Positions 10,001 to 18,331 of a stretch of 44,006 bases of DNA are shown one piece after another. Source of the DNA: Spartobacteria bacterium (GTDB lineage: Bacteria > Verrucomicrobiota > Verrucomicrobiia > Chthoniobacterales > Chthoniobacteraceae); the NCBI GenBank assembly GCA_025355595.1, contig JANXZI010000587.1:1-44006 (forward strand), in the 5' to 3' direction. Within the stretch, counting starts at the first letter, position 1; every line of letters starts with the position of its first letter. The notes beneath the pieces were generated by a model. That model saw only the letters and a program-made list of their open reading frames with translations, was not told the DNA's origin and ran no database searches. The translations under genes and the position numbers were made by a program.

Positions 10001-10218
10001 CGGCTCGTCGCACAGGTGCAGATGTTCTCCATGTCTGTCCGCGACCGCACATTCAGCCCCGCGCGAAACTCCGCATCCGCGCCGCGCACGCGGCCCGCGA
10101 GCACCGGCGGCTCGTAGCTGGCCTCGATCACTTTCCCCGCCTCGTACATCGCGCGCGCCTCCTTCATGGCTTCCCAGCCGCCGGCTTCCATCAGCATTTT
10201 TTCAGTGAGTTCGACCAT
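7093..10218 (-). CDS. SNF2-family helicase with an N-terminal SWIM zinc finger
   Basis: SWIM motif [16 protein letters not shown]; helicase motif [11 protein letters not shown]; motif II [10 protein letters not shown]; C-terminal motifs [40 protein letters not shown]. Confidence 0.93.
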   Translation of the reverse strand: [1041 protein letters not shown]

Positions 10219-10256
10219 CGTGCGAATGCGGATTCAACCACGATCCCGATGCTGGG

Positions 10257-10333
10257 GAAACCGCAGATTGCGCCGATGGAGGCAGATTTCCCGTGACGAG
10301 TCGCCTGCGTTCATCTGCGAAAATCTGCGGTTC
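10257..10333. repeat. Intergenic imperfect palindrome (CGCAGAT-unit family)
   Basis: gaaaccgcagatt (10257-10269) is the reverse complement of aatctgcggttc (10322-10333). Inner gcagat / atctgc copies lie between them. It sits in the divergent SNF2/parA spacer. Confidence 0.6.
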
Positions 10334-10395
10334 AAAACATCACCCGCCCCAATTTTCTGTTCATCCTCCCGCGCATTCCTACACTCCGCGCATTC

Positions 10396-11184
10396 ATGAA
10401 AGTCATCGCCGTGGCGAACCAAAAGGGCGGCGTCGGAAAGACGACCACCTCGCTCAATCTCAGTGCCTGCCTCGCGGAACTGGGCCAGCGCACCCTGCTC
10501 ATTGATCTCGACCCGCAGGCCAATGCCACGAGCGGCCTGGGCATCGAGCCGGTGGACGAGATTTCCGCATCCACCCCGATGATGGGCGAGGCGGCGCTCG
10601 CGGAAATGGTCATCCCCACGCGCTTCCCGAATCTCTGGCTCGTGCCCGCGAACCTCGATCTCGCCGGGGTGGAAGTCGAAGCCATCCGCTCCGGCGATCA
10701 CCTCACGCGCCTCCGCGATGCACTCACCGGGATGCGTGCGGATGCGCCGTTCGACTTCATCATCCTCGACTGCCCGCCATCGCTCGGCGTGCTCATGACG
10801 AACGCCCTCTGCGCCGCGGACGAAATCCTCATCCCGCTCCAGTGCGAATACTACAGCATGGAGGGGCTCGCGAAAATCGTGGGCGTCTGCGAGCAGCTCC
10901 GCCAGTCCGGCGCGAACCCCGCGCTCCAGCTTTGCGGCATCCTCATGACGATGTACATGCGGACGAACCACTCGAACGCCGTGATTGGCGAGATCCAAAA
11001 GCACTACGGCGACATCATTTTCAAGACGGTGATCCCGCGCACCATCCGCCTCGCGGAAGCCCCGAGCCACGGCCAGCCGATCATCCAGTACGAGCCCGGC
11101 GGTCTCGGCTCCGCGGCCTACCGCGCACTCGCCAAGGAATTCCTCGCACGCGAAGGCGTGAAGGCGGTCACGATGGCGGACTGA
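10396..11184 (+). CDS. parA: ParA/Soj-type partition ATPase
   Basis: MKVIAVANQKGGVGKTTTSLNL (deviant Walker A), LLIDLDPQANAT, FIILDCPPSLG. Confidence 0.93.
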   Translation: MKVIAVANQKGGVGKTTTSLNLSACLAELGQRTLLIDLDPQANATSGLGIEPVDEISASTPMMGEAALAEMVIPTRFPNLWLVPANLDLAGVEVEAIRSGDHLTRLRDALTGMRADAPFDFIILDCPPSLGVLMTNALCAADEILIPLQCEYYSMEGLAKIVGVCEQLRQSGANPALQLCGILMTMYMRTNHSNAVIGEIQKHYGDIIFKTVIPRTIRLAEAPSHGQPIIQYEPGGLGSAAYRALAKEFLAREGVKAVTMAD

Positions 11185-11296
11185 TCCCTCCGCGCAGCGG
11201 CGGCGGACTTAATTCCGCGCCTTGTTCGATTGACCTCATGCTCCGGGAAAACCATCGTCCGCGCGCTCCAAAATAGCACCCCTACCCGCCACTTCC

Positions 11297-12046
11297 ATGT
11301 TACTCCACGGCAAAGCAGCACTCATCACAGGCGGCACGCGCGGCATCGGCGCGGCCACGGCCCTCGCATTTGCCAAGGAGGGCGCGGATGTCGCCATCAC
11401 CTCTCGGCAGATCGACGACGATGCGATGCGCACCATGCGCGAGATCGAGAAGCTCGGGCGCGAATGCGTCGTGCTCACCGGCGACTGCGCCTCGCCCGCG
11501 GACTGCGCGCACATCGTCGCGGAGGCCGCGCATGAACTCAAACGCCTCGATGTGCTCGTGCATTGCGCAGGCGGCGCAGTGCCCGGCGGGCTCATGGAGG
11601 TCACGCCCGAAGCGTGGAATGCCGCGTTCGATGTGCATGTCCACGCGATCTATCACCTTTCCCGCGCAGCGGTGCCGCACATCCGCAAGCACAAGGAAGG
11701 CGCGATCATTCTCATTTCCTCCACCGCGGGGAAACTCGGCGTGATGGGCAGCATCGCCTACCAGGCCGTGAAGGGCGCACTCCCCCAGCTCACGCGCGCG
11801 CTCGCCCGCGAACTCGCGGCGGACAACATCCGCGTGAACTGCGTCGCGCCCGGCGTCATCCGCACGAAATTCCACGAGCACATGAGCGAGGAGCAGAAGA
11901 AACTGAATCTCGAACACCGCATCCCGCTCAAGCGCGAGGGCACGGCGAAGCAGGTCGCGGATGTGATCGTGATGCTGGCGAAAAATGACTACATCACCGG
12001 CGACACGGTGACGATTGACGGCGGGCTGACCTCGCGGATCGCGTGA
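11297..12046 (+). CDS. SDR-family oxidoreductase (FabG-like)
   Basis: KAALITGGTRGIGAA (TGxxxGxG); the SSTAG...YQAVKGAL (YxxxK) catalytic block; GDTVTIDGG at the C-terminus. Confidence 0.9.
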   Translation: MLLHGKAALITGGTRGIGAATALAFAKEGADVAITSRQIDDDAMRTMREIEKLGRECVVLTGDCASPADCAHIVAEAAHELKRLDVLVHCAGGAVPGGLMEVTPEAWNAAFDVHVHAIYHLSRAAVPHIRKHKEGAIILISSTAGKLGVMGSIAYQAVKGALPQLTRALARELAADNIRVNCVAPGVIRTKFHEHMSEEQKKLNLEHRIPLKREGTAKQVADVIVMLAKNDYITGDTVTIDGGLTSRIA

Positions 12047-12131
12047 GCGGCAGCATCGCGCGACGAGATGATTTTTGAACATCCGCAGCGAGCGCATTGA
12101 CGCTGCGCGGGCAAGTCCGCATGGTGAGGCG

Positions 12132-12836
12132 ATGCTCCCTGCTGTCACCCAACTCCTCGTCCTCCAAGATCGCGACAAAAAACTCCGCCAGCTCAAACTC
12201 GAACTCAAGCGTGCGCCGCTCGAGCGGAAGGACATGGAAACCCGCACGGCGGGCACGGCCGGCGCGCTCGATGCGGCGAAGCTGAAGGCGAAGGAAATCG
12301 AGGTGAAGCGCAAGGAACTCGAGAACGAGGTCGGCACGCGGCAGCAGCGCATTCAAAAATACAACCAGCAGAAACTTGAGACGAAGAAGAACGAGGAATA
12401 CCAGGCGATTTCACACGCGATCCAGACGATCGAAAATGAGATCACGGCACTCGAAGATCAGGAACTGGAGTTGATGGACGCCTTGGAACAACAGAAGCCG
12501 GTGATCGCGGCGGCGGAGAAGGAAGCGGCGGCGACGAAGACGCAGGTGCAGCGGCAGTTCGCGGATCTCGATGCGAAGGTGAAATCCATCGAGGCACAGG
12601 TCGAGACGGTCCAGGCGGAACGCGCAAAGCTCGCGGCGGAGGTCGAGGAGGATCTGCTCGACACGTATCAGCGGCTCTTCGACACGAAGGATGCGCAGGC
12701 CGTGGTGGCACTCGTGAATGAGATGTGCCAGGGCTGCCATGTGAAGTCGCAGACCCACGTGATCCACGCGGTGAAAGCCGGGAAAGTGGTGACCCACTGT
12801 CTTTATTGCGGGCGGATTTTGTATCCGGAGAACTGA
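12132..12836 (+). CDS. Coiled-coil / C4 zinc-ribbon protein (COG1579, DUF164-like)
   Basis: ATG at 12132 (MLPAVTQLLVLQDRDKKL...). A long heptad-rich region is followed by CQGCHV....HCLYCGRIL. The track ORF starts earlier at a TTG (12075). Confidence 0.8.
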   Translation: MLPAVTQLLVLQDRDKKLRQLKLELKRAPLERKDMETRTAGTAGALDAAKLKAKEIEVKRKELENEVGTRQQRIQKYNQQKLETKKNEEYQAISHAIQTIENEITALEDQELELMDALEQQKPVIAAAEKEAAATKTQVQRQFADLDAKVKSIEAQVETVQAERAKLAAEVEEDLLDTYQRLFDTKDAQAVVALVNEMCQGCHVKSQTHVIHAVKAGKVVTHCLYCGRILYPEN

Positions 12837-12879
12837 GGGCTGCGGACGAAAGACTCCGTCGCCGGAGGCATATATGATG

Positions 12880-12971
12880 AAACGCGGAGACGCAGAGACG
12901 CAGAGAAAAGCGGATGCGTTCCGTGAAGGCGCTTTCAGTTTTTTCCTCTGCGTCTCTGCGTCTCTGCGTTT
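12880..12971. repeat. Intergenic hairpin (GACGCAGA-unit family)
   Basis: aaacgcggagacgcagagacgcagagaaa (12880-) pairs with tttcctctgcgtctctgcgtctctgcgttt (-12971). About 27 of 29 positions are complementary, with a ~31-nt loop. It lies directly after the zinc-ribbon gene stop. Confidence 0.75.
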
Positions 12972-13010
12972 AATATCCGCCTCTCGGATACACTGCCCCC
13001 AGGTTGCGCC

Positions 13011-14405
13011 ATGAACCGCATTGCCGGCATCGAGACGGAATATGGCTGCCTCGTCACGACTGGCGATGAGCGCAGCGATGCGTGGCCGGCGCGGGTGAAG
13101 AATCACCTTTTCAAAAAGCTGCGCGTGGGCGTGCTCGATCAGCACTACCGCGACTACGAGGAACCGCCGGGGAATGGCGGCTTCCTGCTGAATGGCGGAC
13201 GGTTTTACCTCGACATGGGGCACATCGAATACGCGACGCCGGAGTGCCGCTCGGTGCGCGATCTCGTGGCGTGCGATCTCGCGGGCGATGCGATGCTGCA
13301 GGGCGCGATCGAGGCGATGGGCGTGACGGACCGCGTGGCGTTTTTGAAGAACAACATAGACCACGGCACGAACGCGACTTTCGGCTGCCACGAGAACTAT
13401 CTCATGCGGCGCGAGACGGATTTCACCGACGCGAACACGGCGGCGCTGCTGGGCTTCCTCGCGACGCGGCAGATTTTCACCGGCGCGGGGCGCGTGGGCC
13501 AGGCGAGCCCGCTGGCATTCGAGACGGAGCCGCTGCCGCCGTACGGGCGCGTGGATTTCCAGATGAGCCAGCGCGCGGATCACATCGTGAACGACATCTA
13601 CCAGTGGGTGCAGTTCAACCGCGCGATCATCAATGCGCGCGACGAGCCGCTCGCGGATTACCGGCGCTATCGGCGGCTGCACCTGCTCATCGGCGACTCG
13701 AACATGAGCCCCTTCGCGACCGCGATGAAGATCGGCACGACGCATCTCGTGCTCACGCTGCTCGAGGAAGATCGCCTGCCGCGCGACGTGGCCCTGCAAG
13801 ACGCGGTGCTCTCCACGCGCATGATTTCGCGCATGTGCCGCGCGGATGCGCCGGTGCTGCGCGCGGACGGCTACACGGACACGGCGATCGGCATTCAGGA
13901 AAAATTTCTCACCGCCGCGCAATCGCTCGCGGGCCGCGATGCCGAGACGGACTGGCTGCTCGGCCGCTGGGCCTGGCTGCTCGACGCGCTGCGCCGCGAG
14001 GCGATGGATGAATTACTCGGCGCGGTGGACTGGGTCTCGAAGAAATGGCTGCTCGACACTTTCCGCGCGGAGCAAGGTATCGCGTGGAGTGACCCGTGGC
14101 TCGAAAGCTTGGATCTCGAATATCACAATCTGAACCCGGCACGCGGGCTCTTCCACGGCATCCCGGTGCAGGGCGAGACGGAGTTGTTCAACCGCGAGGC
14201 ATTTCAGCCGGCCTTCTTGCGCACCGCGCCGACGGACACGCGTGCGCACGCCCGCGGGGTGGCTGTCGCGCATTGCATGGAAAGGGGCGAGCCGTGTGTG
14301 TTCAACTGGGACTCGATGACCGTCGGCACGGAGCGCACGCTCGCCATGCCGGATCCCCTCGCGACGTACGACGGCGAAGTGCGGGCGCTGCTCGCGGAAG
14401 TTTGA
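13011..14405 (+). CDS. Pup-ligase/deamidase family protein (PafA/Dop homolog)
   Basis: MNRIAGIETEYG; GGRFYLDMGHIEYATPEC; FGCHENYLM; FLATRQIFTGAGRVG; FQMSQRADHI; AIINARDEPLADYRRYRRLHLLIGDSNMS. All are blocks I recognise from PafA/Dop. Confidence 0.85.
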   Translation: MNRIAGIETEYGCLVTTGDERSDAWPARVKNHLFKKLRVGVLDQHYRDYEEPPGNGGFLLNGGRFYLDMGHIEYATPECRSVRDLVACDLAGDAMLQGAIEAMGVTDRVAFLKNNIDHGTNATFGCHENYLMRRETDFTDANTAALLGFLATRQIFTGAGRVGQASPLAFETEPLPPYGRVDFQMSQRADHIVNDIYQWVQFNRAIINARDEPLADYRRYRRLHLLIGDSNMSPFATAMKIGTTHLVLTLLEEDRLPRDVALQDAVLSTRMISRMCRADAPVLRADGYTDTAIGIQEKFLTAAQSLAGRDAETDWLLGRWAWLLDALRREAMDELLGAVDWVSKKWLLDTFRAEQGIAWSDPWLESLDLEYHNLNPARGLFHGIPVQGETELFNREAFQPAFLRTAPTDTRAHARGVAVAHCMERGEPCVFNWDSMTVGTERTLAMPDPLATYDGEVRALLAEV

Positions 14406-14463
14406 TTGCCGATTTTTCCGAACGCGGCAGGGGTGGAAACGCGGTCCGCAATTCACCGCGCTG

Positions 14464-15477
14464 CTATGGCTCCATCGCCTTCTGGATGTCCTTCATCTGT
14501 CCCGCGTATGCGGAGACGATCCGCCACCCGGTATAGCAGATGATCGCGATGTAGATGAGCCGCGGCACCCACTCCGAGATCGTTTCGAGCCGTCGCATGG
14601 CGGCGTCGCGGTATTCCTCGCCGATGCGTTGAAGCTCCTGGTCCAGTTCGCCCGTCTGCTCGCCGACGGCGAAGGCGCGGACGAAACGCTTGGGAAAGGC
14701 GCGCGTGCCTTCGAGCGCGGCACCGACCTGTCCTCCGTCGCGCACGACCGGCATAGCGCCGGCGACGGCTTCACGCAGGATCGCGCTGCCGCTCGCAGCG
14801 CCGGACATTTCGAGGCTGGCGAGGACGTTCACTCCGGCATCGAGCTGCATGTGGTACGCGGAGCAGAAACGGGCGAGGGCGAAGTCGCGCCGGAGCTTCC
14901 CGAAGATCGGAATGGCGCGCAGCAGGCGATCGGGCGTCGCGCCATTTTCCGCAGCGGTGAGGAGCGCACGGATGAGCGCGGTGATGATGAAAAGAGACAG
15001 CCAGAGGCCACCGATGGCAAATCCGACGGCCCTCAGAAACGGGGCCAGGCCGCCATTTTCCGCGAACAGCGAAGGCAGCGGAAGGACGAGCAGCGCGAAA
15101 TGGATCACGAAGGCCGGGTACGCGAGACGGGCGCGGATGCGTGCGCGCGCGGAGGCGATGGCGGTGTGGTACTGCGAGGCCTGTTCGAGTCCGGTCTCGA
15201 GCCGGCCTGCGCGGTCACTCGCGGTGAATGCGCACGCCTCCAGCGGTGTCACGAGCGGCGTGCCGACGGTCAGCGATTCGCCGACGGAGGCTCCGCCGTC
15301 GAGCGCGGCCCGGATCCGTGCGAGCGCCGCGCGGGCCGGTCCGCCGCTGTGCTGCGCGAGCGTCGCGATGGCCTTCGGGAAAGGCGTGCCGCTGCGCACG
15401 AGCCGTCCGAGTTCGTGGAAGATGGCGGCCTTTTCGCTGGGGTGCATCGGGCGCACGATGCCCGCGCCGCCGCGCAT
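14464..15477 (-). CDS. Type II secretion system F-family (GspF/PilC-like) inner-membrane protein
   Basis: Two T2SS-F-like modules are separated by TM helices. The second ends FAVGEQTGELDQELQRIGEEY followed by a C-terminal TM (LIYIAIICYTGW). An alternative ATG lies at 15447. Confidence 0.8.
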   Translation of the reverse strand: MRGGAGIVRPMHPSEKAAIFHELGRLVRSGTPFPKAIATLAQHSGGPARAALARIRAALDGGASVGESLTVGTPLVTPLEACAFTASDRAGRLETGLEQASQYHTAIASARARIRARLAYPAFVIHFALLVLPLPSLFAENGGLAPFLRAVGFAIGGLWLSLFIITALIRALLTAAENGATPDRLLRAIPIFGKLRRDFALARFCSAYHMQLDAGVNVLASLEMSGAASGSAILREAVAGAMPVVRDGGQVGAALEGTRAFPKRFVRAFAVGEQTGELDQELQRIGEEYRDAAMRRLETISEWVPRLIYIAIICYTGWRIVSAYAGQMKDIQKAMEP

Positions 15478-15551
15478 GGCAAGCGCCTTGGCGCACCGCC
15501 AATTCTCGGGTTGCGCGCAAGCCGGGATTTGCGAAAGTGCGCGTCCATTTC

Positions 15552-18089
15552 ATGCTGGATTTGCCGAGACACAAAAAGCGCTGGTTCCTCCGGTGGTGGT
15601 TCACCATCCCATTTTTCACCCTGCTGCTTGTCGCGATCGTCGGGGCGGCCATTTTTTTCAAAGTGAAGTGGGACTACGAGGCGCAGGCGCGGCAGTTCGA
15701 CTACACGCGGCTGGACGCGATGGAATCCGCGAGCGTGATTCTGGATCGGAATGGCGTGCTGCTCGGGAAAATCTTCACGCAAAACCGCGACCAGGTGGAT
15801 CTCGCGCACCTCGCGCCCACGCTGCTGGATGCGGTGGTCGCGGCCGAGGACGCGCGCTTCTACGAGCACACGGGCGTGGACGTGCGCGGCGTGGTGCGGG
15901 CGCTCTACGAAAACTGGCGCGCGGGCAAGGACAAGCAGGGCGCGAGCACGCTCACGCAGCAGCTCGCGCGGAACACTTTTCCCGAGCAGCTCCCGCCGAA
16001 TGATCGCTCGAAGGAGCGCAAGCTGCGCGAGATGTTCGTGGCGCGGGAGATCGAGACGCGGTGCTCGAAGCCGCGCATCCTCGAGCTTTACCTGAACCGC
16101 GTGTATTTCGGGAACGGCTTCTTCGGCGCGGAGTCGGCGGCAAAGGGCTACTTCGGAAAAAATGCGTCGGAGGTGGATTTCAGCGAAGCGGCGCTGCTGT
16201 GCGGGCTGCTGCGGAGCCCGGACAAGCTCTCGCCGTGGAAGGACTACAAGAAGTGCATCGAGGAGCGGAACCGCGTGCTGAACCGTCTGCTCGAGCTGAG
16301 CCGCATCACGCGCGAGCAATACGACAAGGCATTCCTCACCGAGCCGGTGCTGAAGAACAAGCGGCCGATCCACCAGGAAAATTATCCCGCCGACCTCGTG
16401 TACCAGCAGGTGCTGAAGATCGTGGGTCGCGACCGCGCGACGAGCGAAGGGCTGAAGGTTTTTACGACAATTGATTCCACGCTCCAGAAAAGAGCGGAGC
16501 AGTCGCTTCGCACGGAGTTGAACGCGGTGGAGCAGCACCCGGAATTCCAGCCAAAGGATCCCAATGCGAAGCGGCAGACGCTCGCGGACTACACGCGCAT
16601 TTTCGAGGCGGCAAACAAGCAGCCGCAGGATGCCGAGGGGAAGCGCATCGAGCCGGAATACCTTCAGGGTGCCGTGGTGATGCTCGAAAACAGGACCGGC
16701 GCGATCCTCGCGATGGTCGGCGGGCGCGATTTTCAGCACAGCCAGTTGAATCGCACGCGGCAGGCGCAGCTCCCGCCGGGCACCGCCTTCAAGCCGCTCG
16801 TGTACGCAGCGGCGTTTGAGAAAGGATTGTTCCCCGGCACGGCGGTCGAGGACGCGGTGATGGATAACACGAAGGTGATGATCGGCGGCACCACGGGCAT
16901 CCTCGGCGAATGGGGGCCGGAGCGCGCAGACAACCGCTTCGAGGGCACGATCTCGGCGCGCACGGCGCTCGTGAAATCCAAGAACGCCGCGACGGTGCGG
17001 ATCGGCATGGCGACCGGCATCACCGAGGTGAGCGATCTCGCGGAAAGTGCCGGCATCTCCAGCGATCTCGCACGCTACCCGCGCACCTACCTCGGCGGCA
17101 GCGAGGTCCTGCCGATGGAACTCGCACTTGCCTACACGATGTTCCCGAACGGCGGCGAGCGACCCGAGAACACCTCGTTGACCAATACGGTGAACACGTC
17201 CGAAAAGACGTTCATCATCCGGCGCATCGAGGACAAACTCGGAGCCGTCATCTTCGAGGAAAAACCCGCGATGGTTCGCGTGATCAAGGAGACCACCGCG
17301 TATGAAGTCCACTCGTGCCTCGCGCAGGTGCTCGAGTCCGAGGGCACCGCGGAGCGTGCAAATTTGGAACTGGGCCTCAAGCGCTATCCGCTCGGCGGCA
17401 AGACCGGGACGGGCTACAATTTTACCGATGCGTGGTTCGTCGGCTACAGCAGCGCGGTGACGTGCGCGGTGTGGATCGGCTTCGATCAGCAGCGCGGAAA
17501 AACACGCCCCGGCATTTATCGCGGCGCATTCGGCAAGGACATCGCGCTGCCCGTGTGGGCGGAGATCATGAAGACATCATTCGACGCGTACAAGCCCGCG
17601 GAATTTGTGCAGCCGAAGGGAATCATCCGTGTGGAAATTTGCCGTGCCAGCGGCGGACTCGCTACGGCGAAGTGTCTCGAGAATGGCATCCGCACGACCT
17701 ATCAGGAAATCTGCACCGAGGCGCAGGCCCCGAAGGAACCGTGTCCGTTTCACAGCGGCTTCGGCCCGAATGTGGGCATCGTGAAGCCATCGGCCGACGG
17801 CGTCCCCCGGGCGCGCGTCGCCGAAGCGCAGACGGTCAAGACTGTCGCCCTCGTTGGCCCGACCGTGATCGGGAACGACCCATACGGCTCGCACCTCGCG
17901 CTCGAACGGCAGTTGCAGCTCGCCGGAGTCGGCAATGCGCAGGCACCGCTCAACTCCACCGGGGAAATCCCCGTGAACAGCGGAACACCGCTGCCCTTCG
18001 ACCCGCCCGCGCCGCGACCGCTCGTCATTCCGCCGCCGCCAAACGCGGATGTGAAGCTCGATCAGCCGGAACCGCTGAAGTTCGATTAG
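15552..18089 (+). CDS. mrcA: Class A penicillin-binding protein (PBP1A-type transglycosylase/transpeptidase)
   Basis: ATG at 15552 gives a TM anchor (WFLRWWFTIPFFTLLLVAIVGAAIF). GT51 motifs are EDARFYEHTGVD, GASTLTQQLARN and RKLREM. The transpeptidase part carries PPGTAFKP and GGKTGT. The upstream 108 codons of the track ORF are Arg-rich overlap with the divergent gene. Confidence 0.93.
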   Translation: MLDLPRHKKRWFLRWWFTIPFFTLLLVAIVGAAIFFKVKWDYEAQARQFDYTRLDAMESASVILDRNGVLLGKIFTQNRDQVDLAHLAPTLLDAVVAAEDARFYEHTGVDVRGVVRALYENWRAGKDKQGASTLTQQLARNTFPEQLPPNDRSKERKLREMFVAREIETRCSKPRILELYLNRVYFGNGFFGAESAAKGYFGKNASEVDFSEAALLCGLLRSPDKLSPWKDYKKCIEERNRVLNRLLELSRITREQYDKAFLTEPVLKNKRPIHQENYPADLVYQQVLKIVGRDRATSEGLKVFTTIDSTLQKRAEQSLRTELNAVEQHPEFQPKDPNAKRQTLADYTRIFEAANKQPQDAEGKRIEPEYLQGAVVMLENRTGAILAMVGGRDFQHSQLNRTRQAQLPPGTAFKPLVYAAAFEKGLFPGTAVEDAVMDNTKVMIGGTTGILGEWGPERADNRFEGTISARTALVKSKNAATVRIGMATGITEVSDLAESAGISSDLARYPRTYLGGSEVLPMELALAYTMFPNGGERPENTSLTNTVNTSEKTFIIRRIEDKLGAVIFEEKPAMVRVIKETTAYEVHSCLAQVLESEGTAERANLELGLKRYPLGGKTGTGYNFTDAWFVGYSSAVTCAVWIGFDQQRGKTRPGIYRGAFGKDIALPVWAEIMKTSFDAYKPAEFVQPKGIIRVEICRASGGLATAKCLENGIRTTYQEICTEAQAPKEPCPFHSGFGPNVGIVKPSADGVPRARVAEAQTVKTVALVGPTVIGNDPYGSHLALERQLQLAGVGNAQAPLNSTGEIPVNSGTPLPFDPPAPRPLVIPPPPNADVKLDQPEPLKFD

Positions 18090-18142
18090 TGCGGTTCTGA
18101 AAAACCGTAGCCGTGCGAGTTGAGGCACGGCCCTTGGCGTGC

Positions 18143-18264
18143 GGCGGGAAGCGATAGCGCCACGCCGCCTTCGGATGGTTTTTTGGAGGACTCCGCTGCG
18201 CACGCAAGACTGCACCGGCCTCATGGGTGACTCCAAAGGCGGTGTGGCGCTATCGCTTGCCACC
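18143..18264. repeat. Intergenic inverted repeat (GCGATAGCGCCAC family)
   Basis: ggcgggaagcgatagcgccacgccgcctt (18143-18171) against aaggcggtgtggcgctatcgcttgccacc (18236-18264). 26 of 29 positions are complementary, with a ~64-nt spacer. It lies between the convergent PBP1A and DUF1549/1553 genes. Confidence 0.75.
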
Positions 18265-18331
18265 GCAGTCCACGGACGCGTGCCTCGTCCGGCGACTCGC
18301 CCTGCCTGCAGGTGATTTTTTGGAACCTGTC

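Noticed and set aside
7093-11184. SNF2/SWIM helicase plus ParA as a possible defence module (DISARM/Zorya-like).
   Set aside because: No methyltransferase, nuclease, PLD or other defence partners are present. The genes are divergent. The SWIM+SNF2 architecture is a common stand-alone housekeeping-type protein in this kind of genome.
12837-14463. Search for a Pup/UBact-like small ORF next to the PafA/Dop-like gene.
   Set aside because: The only sORF in the flanks (12874-12975, MMKRGDAETQRKADAFREGAFSFFLCVSASLRL) is a read-through of the hairpin repeat and lacks a C-terminal Gly-Gln/Glu. The downstream spacer is only 58 nt.
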